From assembly GCA_002104945.1 (NCBI GenBank), contig MCFH01000002.1, positions 1,116,001 to 1,180,000 on the forward strand: 64,000 nt of DNA, written 5' to 3'. Position numbers and translations under genes: made by a program. The notes under the pieces are model-generated. The model was not told the origin of the DNA and searched no databases. It saw only the letters and a program-made list of their open reading frames with translations. This DNA is from Piromyces finnis finn (taxonomy: Eukaryota; Fungi; Neocallimastigomycota). This document shows positions 55,428 to 64,000 of this stretch, one piece after another. The first letter of the stretch is position 1; every line of letters begins with the position of its first letter.

Positions 55428-55849
55428 CCCTCTTGGGAACGTGCCTTCATTTATTTAATAAATGTAGTTTCTCAAGGGGGTCTACTCATGCTCATGGTAC
55501 TGAGAGAGTAGAAAGAATTAAATCCAAGTATTGCGCAATGGATGCTTGGTGCCCTTCCCTCTTGGGAACGTGCCTTCATTTATTTAATAAATGTAGTTTC
55601 TCAAGGGGGTCTACTCATGCTCATGGTACTGAGAGAGTAGAAAGAATTAAATCCAAGTATCGCGCAATGGATGCTTGGTGCCCTCTTAGGAACGTGCCTT
55701 CATTTATTTAATAAACGTAGTTTATCAAGGGAGTCTACTCATGCTCATGGTACTGAGAGAGTAGAAAGAATTAAATCCAAGCATTGCGCAATGGATGCTT
55801 GGTTAGTCTTTAAGGGAAAATTATTAGGACTAAGCTCATGGTACTGAGC
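55428..55849 (+). repeat. Three tandem 124-nt structured monomers (55428, 55557, 55681) plus a fourth partial hairpin (55834-55849) at the LINE 5' end
   Basis: Unit CCCTCTTGGGAACGTGCCTTCATTTATTTAATAAATGTAGTTTCTCAAGGGGGTCTACTCATGCTCATGGTACTGAGAGAGTAGAAAGAATTAAATCCAAGTATTGCGCAATGGATGCTTGGTG. Unit 2 has 1 substitution; unit 3 has about 5 plus a divergent end. Confidence 0.95.
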
Positions 55850-55914
55850 GATTAAAAAACATTTTATTCATCGAATTAAGTATTTGATGAATAAGTTGAA
55901 TGTTTGATATTCAG

Positions 55915-56254
55915 GTAAGTTTGTATAGTATTTAATTAGAAGAGTAATACATTTTGTTGCTGTATTTTTCTTTTATTCATGTATTCATGTAGTACTACTC
56001 TTCTCTTGTAAGAATCCAATGTAGTCAACTTTAGCATTTGCATTGTATTTTTATATTCATGTAGCTATTGTTGTATTGTTTCTTGTAAGAGACTGATTCA
56101 CTCTACATCATGTAAAAATACTATTCACAAGCTTTCTGGTGTCGACATTCTTGATTCAAATTTTTTACCAATTTAAATATTTAATGAAAAGTAAAGTCAA
56201 ACAAGTTTAGTGTCAAAAAGCGATTCGAATTTACTAACAACAAACCAAAACTAG
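55915..56254 (+). other. Candidate spliceosomal intron in the LINE 5' UTR
   Basis: CAG|GTAAGT donor at 55915, TACTAAC branch point at 56232-56238, CTAG acceptor ending 56254 (alternative at 56280). No transcript evidence. Confidence 0.55.
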
Positions 56255-56446
56255 AATTTTTAAAGAAAATTTACAACTAGAATTCAAAAAAAAAGAAACT
56301 TTAAACAAAGCATCGTAACAATTTTTGTACTATCCAGTACTTTTAAGAAGAGAGAGAGAGACAGATTTTTTTTCCATATACGTTATATTTATAATTTTTA
56401 TTAGTATTTATTTTATATTCAATATTTTTAATTAGAATTTATTATC

Positions 56447-59400
56447 ATGTCAGTCCTTTATATTAAAGACAAGAATTATATCAGACGTGGTACCCGGTCT
56501 TATGGTATCCCCTTAGATGATATTCGCTCCTTCTTTATTCGTGGTATTCGATCATGGTCAGTAAATATGCTATGGGAAAAACTCGAGGTTATTCTAGAAG
56601 ATAAATTTAATTCAGTTATTAGTGTTAAATATTTTCAAACTTTCAATGATCACTTTTTCTTAGTCAAGGTTCATGGTTCATCAAAAGATTGTATTAAAAT
56701 CTTACACATGTTAAAGAAGAAACTTTCAGTTACCTCAATTTCCTTTTCAGCTCGTAGTAGAAGGAATCACAAATACACTTTTTCCACTCTCAAACGTAAA
56801 ATTTTAGTTTCTAATAAACATCAACATTCTATTCAACAATCATTTCAACAATCAGTTCAACAATCTCATCAACAATCCGATCTTCAACTAGATCTTCAAC
56901 AAGATCTTCAACAAGATCTTCAACAAGATTTTCAACAAGTTTCCAATCATGAAAATATTCCAGATCTACAGCAAACACAATTTCAATCTCATCATTCAAC
57001 ATTTAATTCTAATAGTTCTATCAACTCTGATAACAGTTCAATAGTTGATAGTTCTTCAGTTTCACAGCCATCTAGTAATAGTTCTACTTATTCCTCTGAT
57101 GCATCATCCATTAATAACGATGACTTTAATAATAATAATAATAGCAACGATTCTTCCTCATCCAACAAGCCTGATAACTTTTCTTTTTGTCTTAGTTGGA
57201 ACACCAATGGGTGGAATCACGAAAAGAGAGATAGTATTAGCTATTTCACAGCTATTTTCAAACCATTATTTTTATGTTTCCAAGAAACTGGTAATGGTTC
57301 TGGATCGAATACAGATTATCCTTGTCGTGTTACTTTGCGAAACTATAGACACTTTTTCAAGAAAGCTGACGAATCAGTTCCGGGAATGAGAGGTTTATAT
57401 TTAGGTTTTCACAATTCATGTCAAGCCTCACTTGAAAACTTCTCTGGAAAGTATATTATTTCTATTTATACTTTTAGTCTCTGGAATAGATTCAAATGCT
57501 CGATTGGTAATGTTTATATGCCTCATAGTCATCACAACATCTATGTTGATCATGCAAAGTTAGAAGTTCGCTTGTGGTTACAAACTCATTCATCCCATCC
57601 ATCGATTCTTGTTGGTGATTTTAATATGTCTAAAGTAAAATTATCCAACTGGTTATCAACTAATGGATTAGGAGATTGGGAAATTCTTCCGCTTAGAGGG
57701 TCTACTATCTCTTGGACTCGAGGTGATCAATCTTCCGACATTGACCATGCTCTTATCAATTCGAAGATGAAAGATCTTATTCACTCAGGATCATTTATAA
57801 ATAATTTTTATCCTGTATCAGACCATAAGCCACTTCTTATTAATGGTAAAATTATTCCTATGGAAGATTTTTCTAATGACTTTAATGTTCCTAAGAAAAT
57901 TCTGAAATGGAATAGATTAAAATGTATTGAGGAAAAGGAATCTATTCTCAGTCATAATAAATTCCAAATACTTTCAGCAAAATCCAACGATCCTAATGTT
58001 TCTACAGATGAACTTTCCAAAGAGTTTACTTCAACTGCTTTTTCAATTGCAGACGAGCTCAGTATTACTTCAGCAAATAATGTTATTAAGTCTTCATTTC
58101 ATATTTCACAACAAATTTTTAATCTTCAAAAAATCAAAATGAAGTTGTATAAGAGATTTAAAAAAGAAAGAATTTATGATATAGATGAATTTATTAAAAG
58201 AATTAAAATCTACCGTAAGCTCATTGATTACATCCACAAAAGATGTAATGAATTTAGGAAGCAAGAATATCTTCATTGGATTAAAACAGGATGTGAGTAT
58301 ATGAAGAGTCATAATCCTAAGAAGGCCTGGAAATGGATCAAGAAAACTGCAAAAATTGGAAAAGATTCTTTCTTTATTGCTCAACCAATTAAAAATAAAA
58401 ATGGAGAATTAGTTGTTGCTACGGAAGAACAACTAGATGTGTGGCATGATCATTTCGAAAATCTTGCATCAGACCCAAGTGGTGTAAGTCTTGATTTGGA
58501 GCATTGGTATGAAGAACCAACGAATAAACGTTTTTCACTTCCTATGCTTGATGAGTGGGATATCAACCAAGATATTAGTATTGATGAAGTCAAGTCAGCT
58601 ATCCTCACTACTCCAAATTATAAAGCATCAGGTCCGGATGGTATTCCAATTGAATTTTACAAAGCATTAGTTCCATCAAGTAATGATTCTAATAATGCTA
58701 CAGATAATAATTCTTCTGGTAATACTACTTCAGATAATGATGCTCATGGTTTAAATTTTATTCTTAAATTATTCAACCGTATTTGGGATGGAGATTTCCC
58801 CAACTCATGGAATGAATCCAGTATTGTTTCTATTCCTAAGAAGGGAGATTTGACAGATTGTGATAACTATCGAGGTATATCACTTATCAATAATGGTATT
58901 AAGTTGATTTCCAAAATTGTCACCACTAGAATCTCAGAATATGGTTTAAAGAATAATTTCATTAGACCTGAACAATTTGGTTTTCGAAAAAAGGAAGAAA
59001 GTATTAGTCTTTTCATTTCAATCCAAGAAATATGCCGTAGACGTCAATTAGATAATAAAGAGACATATTTGGCCTTTTTAGATCTCAGGAAAGCATACGA
59101 TTCAGTCCCAATCGGTAATATTCTCCATAAATTAGATTGTTTAGGAATCCGAGGTAAGAGTCTACAATTTATCAAAAATTTATATTTAACATCTAAGGCT
59201 AATGTCAAATTAGATGGACAATTCTCGAAATCTTTTGATGTGAAGAAAGGAGTCCGTCAAGGTTGCCCTCTTTCTCCTATTCTCTTTAATCTCTTTATTA
59301 ATGATATATTTAGAGAGTGCGAAGATCTAGGAGTCAGTTTAGGTGACACTCGATGCTGTGGTGGACTTTTTGCAGATGATATAGTTATTTGTGCTTCAAC

Positions 59401-60994
59401 AAGAGGATGCTTAAAAAAGATGCTTAGAAGAGTTAATGAATGGGCATTGTATAATGAAATGGAATTTGGTATCCAGAAATGTTCAACGATGGTGATTCGT
59501 CCTGAATCAATAGAAAATCAGAACAAGAGAGATCCAACATTTTACTTAGCAGGACAACCCATTCCAACTACTGATTGCTATACTTATCTTGGTGTTCCAT
59601 TTGATAAGAATCTGTCCCTTAAACCAGTAATTAAAGCTCTTAATAACAAGGTTTTGAAAGGGCTTTTCTCAGTCAGTAAATTCTTAAGAAATCCTAATAT
59701 TCCTATTCCTTTCAAAAAACTAGTACTTAACTCACAAGTGATTAGCAGAGTTTCATACTTTGCACCATTACTTGGATCCAACAAAGCTAGGTCTAGGATT
59801 GCTCAGAAGCATGTTAACAAAGGAATACGATGGGTTGCCGGAGTTCATAAAGCTGTATCGTTTATATCTTTATACTCTATTTCAAAAGATTTGAATATTC
59901 CTCCATTGTCAGCCAAATGTGCGTTAGCTCAGGTTAGATGTTTTAACAAATGGAAAAACTCAAATTGTATTATCTCACACCTTGTCAATTACATTCCTAA
60001 ATTTAGAAAATACACGTGGTGCAAATCAAGTAGGACACTTGATAAAAAATTAAAGAAACATGGAGATGTTAAAGCAGTTAAAAACTTTTATTGGAAAGAT
60101 CTCAAAGGGAATTCAATCAAAGCGCAATATTATGATGATAATAAATTTATTGAAACTAAAGATTTTATTAAATTATGTTATGAGTACCCAGAGTTTGCCT
60201 ATGGCTTCTACTGGCTATTGAAAGCAAGAAGCGGATACAAGTTGGATGCTAGAGTTGCCAAAGCTGCCAAATTTGTTGATCCAGTTTGTCCTAACTACTG
60301 TCCATGTTGCAAGTGTGGAGATCAAAGTATTAAACATTGGTTATTAGATTGTCCAACATTTAGAGATATCCGTATTAAACATTATGATTCTATAGTCCAG
60401 CTATTAAATTTTTTCAGTCAACGTAATTCCAATAGTCCTATCAATAATAATGAAATTGATAATATCAGTAGAGATAGTAATAACATTAATAGTAATAGTA
60501 ACAATAGTAGTAATAACAATAGTAATAGTAGCAATAGTAATAGTAACAATAGTAATAATAACAATAATAGAAATAATAATATTAGTAATGATAGCAATAG
60601 TGAAGATAATAATTCTAATTTAGATAGTAATTTAGTTAATGATAGTAATAGTTCTAATAATCCGGTGAATATTAATGTGTATGATTATTCTAGTGTGTGC
60701 AGTAAAATATTTAAATTCCTTCTTGGGGGAAGAAGTTTTAACAATATTAATTACAATTCAAGGGAATGGAAAGAACTTTGTAAGCGTCAGATTCAATCTG
60801 ATACTAACGAAGGAACACCATTCTTGACGGTAACCGCGGAACTTCTAACCAAAATCATGCCTTTTGCTATTGGCCAGCAATGGTCAATGTTCAAAAGGTT
60901 TGAAGCAACATCCAAGAGCGTCAATGCTGAAGAAACAGTAAGACAGGCCAGGAGGGCCAGCGCAACCAATGGAGATCATAATTTTGTTCCATGA
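56447..60994 (+). CDS. LINE polyprotein, 1515 aa: RRM-like N-terminus, AP endonuclease, reverse transcriptase, C-terminal Cys/His motif
   Basis: APE: CLSWNTNG, CFQET, GNVYMP, VGDFN, SDIDH, SDHKP. RT: KASGPDGIP, IPKKGDLTDCDNYRGISL, QFGFR, FLDLRKAYDSV, GVRQGCPLSPILFNLFIND, LFADD, YTYLGV. C-terminal CPCCKCGDQSIKHWLLDCP. Confidence 0.97.
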   Translation: MSVLYIKDKNYIRRGTRSYGIPLDDIRSFFIRGIRSWSVNMLWEKLEVILEDKFNSVISVKYFQTFNDHFFLVKVHGSSKDCIKILHMLKKKLSVTSISFSARSRRNHKYTFSTLKRKILVSNKHQHSIQQSFQQSVQQSHQQSDLQLDLQQDLQQDLQQDFQQVSNHENIPDLQQTQFQSHHSTFNSNSSINSDNSSIVDSSSVSQPSSNSSTYSSDASSINNDDFNNNNNSNDSSSSNKPDNFSFCLSWNTNGWNHEKRDSISYFTAIFKPLFLCFQETGNGSGSNTDYPCRVTLRNYRHFFKKADESVPGMRGLYLGFHNSCQASLENFSGKYIISIYTFSLWNRFKCSIGNVYMPHSHHNIYVDHAKLEVRLWLQTHSSHPSILVGDFNMSKVKLSNWLSTNGLGDWEILPLRGSTISWTRGDQSSDIDHALINSKMKDLIHSGSFINNFYPVSDHKPLLINGKIIPMEDFSNDFNVPKKILKWNRLKCIEEKESILSHNKFQILSAKSNDPNVSTDELSKEFTSTAFSIADELSITSANNVIKSSFHISQQIFNLQKIKMKLYKRFKKERIYDIDEFIKRIKIYRKLIDYIHKRCNEFRKQEYLHWIKTGCEYMKSHNPKKAWKWIKKTAKIGKDSFFIAQPIKNKNGELVVATEEQLDVWHDHFENLASDPSGVSLDLEHWYEEPTNKRFSLPMLDEWDINQDISIDEVKSAILTTPNYKASGPDGIPIEFYKALVPSSNDSNNATDNNSSGNTTSDNDAHGLNFILKLFNRIWDGDFPNSWNESSIVSIPKKGDLTDCDNYRGISLINNGIKLISKIVTTRISEYGLKNNFIRPEQFGFRKKEESISLFISIQEICRRRQLDNKETYLAFLDLRKAYDSVPIGNILHKLDCLGIRGKSLQFIKNLYLTSKANVKLDGQFSKSFDVKKGVRQGCPLSPILFNLFINDIFRECEDLGVSLGDTRCCGGLFADDIVICASTRGCLKKMLRRVNEWALYNEMEFGIQKCSTMVIRPESIENQNKRDPTFYLAGQPIPTTDCYTYLGVPFDKNLSLKPVIKALNNKVLKGLFSVSKFLRNPNIPIPFKKLVLNSQVISRVSYFAPLLGSNKARSRIAQKHVNKGIRWVAGVHKAVSFISLYSISKDLNIPPLSAKCALAQVRCFNKWKNSNCIISHLVNYIPKFRKYTWCKSSRTLDKKLKKHGDVKAVKNFYWKDLKGNSIKAQYYDDNKFIETKDFIKLCYEYPEFAYGFYWLLKARSGYKLDARVAKAAKFVDPVCPNYCPCCKCGDQSIKHWLLDCPTFRDIRIKHYDSIVQLLNFFSQRNSNSPINNNEIDNISRDSNNINSNSNNSSNNNSNSSNSNSNNSNNNNNRNNNISNDSNSEDNNSNLDSNLVNDSNSSNNPVNINVYDYSSVCSKIFKFLLGGRSFNNINYNSREWKELCKRQIQSDTNEGTPFLTVTAELLTKIMPFAIGQQWSMFKRFEATSKSVNAEETVRQARRASATNGDHNFVP

Positions 60995-61227
60995 CAAAAT
61001 TTTGATCTTTGGCTCGGTGTCCCATTGGAAGTCAAATACAATTATTATACTTTAGTATGATAGTGGCTTTCTTACTTTAATTAAATTACTAGAATACATT
61101 ATACCCAATTTTTATTCATTTGTGTTTATTTAAACATATTTTTTTTATTTTTATTTATTTTTAATTTTTTATTACATGTATTATAATTTTAATTAAATTA
61201 ATAATAAAGTTTAAAATATTTGATGCC

Positions 61228-61271
<44 letters not shown>

Positions 61272-61274
<3 letters not shown>

Positions 61275-61283
61275 GGAAAGAAT
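61272..61283 (+). repeat. Target site duplication, 3' copy (GGGGGAAAGAAT)
   Basis: Directly follows the 41-nt poly(A). Confidence 0.92.
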
Positions 61284-62067
61284 AGTTTTTCGTTTAATTT
61301 GTTTAGTTTTTAATATATATATATATAGTAATAATACATATTAATAAAATAAAAAATAATAAAATATATATATAAATTAGTAATTAATAAGATGAATAAA
61401 TGAATGTAAAAAATTAAAATAAATAATCTATTGTGAAATAAATAATTAATAATGGAATAACAGTTTGATAACTCTGTAATTGATTCTGTGTGAGATAAAT
61501 CTCTATAACTAATAAATTAAATAAAATAAGAAAGAGAAGTAACATCAGGTATGATAATTTAGTTCCCACTAAACTCTTCCATGAGTTCCTAATGTTATTA
61601 TTTAATGAAATAATAATATTGGACATTAGGAATGTTCCTTCGGCATATTAGTACGACGACAGCGCTTTTGATTACGTCTAAACCTATCAAAAATGGCTTC
61701 ATATAGCTACTAATAGACATGACATTGTTTTAATAAGAAAATCCGCAAGTACCTCCCAAATGTCCCGCATAGACTCAAAAAAAAAATGAACATTTCCGCA
61801 ATTGTGCGTGAATGAAAAGTGGAAAATAACTATTAAAATTAGAATTTTAAAACCATTTTAACAAATGCAATAGCAATTTTCAAATATAAAAATTTTCTAT
61901 TTTAATTATCAAAAAAAGAAAAAACGTTTCTAATCATCAAATGTTATTTTTATATTTAATATATATAAATAGTAAAATTTATAACATATAATTTTTAATA
62001 TTTAATTTTATTATATTATATTTTATTTTATTATTATTCTAGTTTTGTTTTTGTCTTTGTTTTTTTG

Positions 62068-62099
<32 letters not shown>

Positions 62100-63229
62100 G
62101 CTTAAATTATTTTTTTTAACATATGTTTTCAATTTTTTGAAAGAAATATTTTTGGATAAGAATTTTTTTTTCTGAATTTTTTATATATATATATTTTTTT
62201 TAAAAAAATTCATTGTATTACTTGTTCTTTGATTTTTTAAGAAAATGGTATTGAATTAATAAATTCAATAATATTTATGATATATTCTGCTTCTTTTTAT
62301 ATGCATAAAAAAAATTAATTTCCTATGTTACTCTACAGTTTTTAAATATTCTCCTCTTATAATTTGTATTTTTGGTTATCTTCATACTTATATTTCTTTT
62401 TGAAATTCATCTTAAAATATTATTTTACCTTTATAATAATAAATATTAATAATTATTATTACTTACTAAAAAAATATAAATCAATTTAAATATTATATAT
62501 AGTATATAAATAATAGTAAATAAATTTATAATAAAAAAATAATTATTAAAGAAACTAAACTTTAAATTATTATTTCATTATAATTTAATAGTAAATAAAC
62601 ATTTGTAATATTTTATTCAAAATATGATAAACATATACTCTATAATTATTATTATTCTTATTTTATTATTATATTTCTTATTTTTTATTATTTTTAACTT
62701 AATAAATATTCTATTAGTATATTTATATTTTTACTTTATCAAAAATAAAATTTATGTATACAAATTAATTAAGGGTTAAATTTTTACTAGAAAATATTTA
62801 AAAAAAAATGAAAAAGAATAATCTTAAATAAAATTAAAATAATAATATAATTTATATATTCACTTTCTTAAAATGTTCTCTTCGTATTAAAGGAAATTAA
62901 GATGGAAATAATATCAAAAAAATTTTACCCAATTGTTCCTTTCCAAAAAGGAAAAAAATGTTTTTATATATAAATATATATTATTATCTATTTTTTGTTA
63001 TTTTTTAAATTATAAATTACTTTGTGATAGCGATTTTTTTGGTAATGTGTTATTGTTTTTTTTGTTTGGATGATTCATTATTTGTTTATCGTTTAATTTA
63101 AATTTATTGATTATTGGAATCTTGTGTATTAAGGAAATTATATTCTGATTTTTTTATTGATATACTTTATGGTATTTAAAATAAATAAAAAATGATATAT
63201 ATCTTTTTTATAGTGATATATCATTTAAT

Positions 63230-64000
63230 TTAATGAACGTTACGAACAACATAATCAATGGCTTCAGCGAATGCCTTAACATTCTTTGAGTTTAATCCAG
63301 CCATTGAAATACGACCATTTTCAGTTAAGTAAATGTGGAATTTGCTCATTAAAGCACGGCATTGCTTAACATTTAAACCAGTGTAACTGAACATACCAAT
63401 TTGGTCAACAATATGGTCCCAACTACCTGGGGTCTTTAATTCTACTAAGTATTGGTGTAATTGTTTTCTCATTTCAATAATTCTAGAAGACATAGTCTTA
63501 AGATTATCGTACCATTCTTCGGTTAATTCTGGGGTATTTAAAACAATGTTAGCAATTTCAGCACCGAATCTTGGAGCGTTTGAAACGATAGCTCTAGAAA
63601 TCTTAGCTAATTGAGTTTGACAACGTAAAGAATATTCCTTCTTTGAGGTAACTAAAGTAATACAACCAGTTCTTTGACCATATAAACCAAGGTTCTTAGC
63701 AAATGATTGAGAACAAATTAATTCAAATCCCATATCAACGAAAAGACGAACAGCGTAGGCATCCTTGTCGAGATCACCAGAAGCAAAACCTTGGTAAGCA
63801 CAATCGAAGAATGGGAAATGATCCTTTTCCTTCATGACTTCAGCGATCTTCATCCATTGAGCTGGGTTTGGATCAACACCAGTTGGGTTATGAGCACAAG
63901 CATGAAGAAGGAAGATAGAACCGTTTGGAGCTTCTTTCATGGTATTAATAATACCTTCAAAATCTAAACATTTTTCTTGAGCGTTCCAGTATGGATAACT
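63230..64000 (-). CDS. AAT2: Aspartate aminotransferase (fold-type I PLP enzyme), 3' part; continues beyond window
   Basis: LLHACAHNPTGVDP; FFDCAYQGFASGDLDKDA; SQSFAKNLGLYGQRTG with the PLP Lys; WDHIVDQIGMFSYTGL; GRISMAGL. The frame is open to the window edge (SYPYWNAQEKCLDF...). Confidence 0.96.
   Translation of the reverse strand, partial: SYPYWNAQEKCLDFEGIINTMKEAPNGSIFLLHACAHNPTGVDPNPAQWMKIAEVMKEKDHFPFFDCAYQGFASGDLDKDAYAVRLFVDMGFELICSQSFAKNLGLYGQRTGCITLVTSKKEYSLRCQTQLAKISRAIVSNAPRFGAEIANIVLNTPELTEEWYDNLKTMSSRIIEMRKQLHQYLVELKTPGSWDHIVDQIGMFSYTGLNVKQCRALMSKFHIYLTENGRISMAGLNSKNVKAFAEAIDYVVRNVH

Larger units (their letters stand above)
55428..61271 (+). mobile_element. Full-length non-LTR retrotransposon (APE-type LINE), 5844 bp, with TSD and poly(A) tail
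   Basis: (A)GGGGGAAAGAAT at 55415/6-55427 is repeated at 61271/2-61283. Poly(A) at 61231-61271 is preceded by AATAAA at 61203-61208. One uninterrupted APE-RT ORF. GC is higher than the host flanks. Confidence 0.95.

Noticed and set aside
55337-55711. 124-aa ORF with an internal repeat overlapping the LINE 5' end
   Set aside because: It starts at TTG outside the TSD and is just a read-through of the DNA monomers. Monomer 3 breaks the frame, so it is not ORF1.
55428-55849. CRISPR-like array or known ribozyme (hammerhead CUGANGA/GAAA, HDV, twister, pistol, hairpin)
   Set aside because: There are no unique spacers and the context is eukaryotic. CTGAGAGAG...GAAA lacks the correct G8-A9 and stem II, and the other catalytic cores were not found on either strand.

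Overview
Very AT-rich, intron-dense eukaryotic genomic DNA. Fungal-type genes, short AT-rich introns, poly-Asn proteins and a divergent SdhB suggest an anaerobic gut fungus (Neocallimastigomycota); this is inference, not proof. Sixteen host protein-coding genes can be assembled by eye across GT-AG introns. They are: CHFR-like (3' part), a small 4-TM orphan, an orphan low-complexity protein, cyclin C, a secreted/GPI Cys-rich orphan, an ENPP/NPP phosphodiesterase, Sen1 helicase, SOK1/TCP11, PRP39, SDH2, SART1/SNU66, HUS1, SNAPC4-like Myb, PDK1/PKH kinase, NECAP, PEX11, plus the 3' part of an aspartate aminotransferase at the right edge. The standout is a full-length, apparently intact non-LTR retrotransposon at 55428-61271, bounded by a 12-13 bp TSD and a 41-nt poly(A). 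It has one 1515-aa ORF (RRM-like N-terminus, APE, RT, Cys/His motif). Its ~1 kb 5' UTR starts with three tandem 124-nt monomers that fold into three hairpins with a potential kissing pseudoknot and structure-preserving substitutions, followed by a textbook-looking spliceosomal intron. Other points of interest are quinone-site substitutions in SDH2 and a complete PEX11 in a probable anaerobe. Exon boundaries were assigned manually and are approximate.
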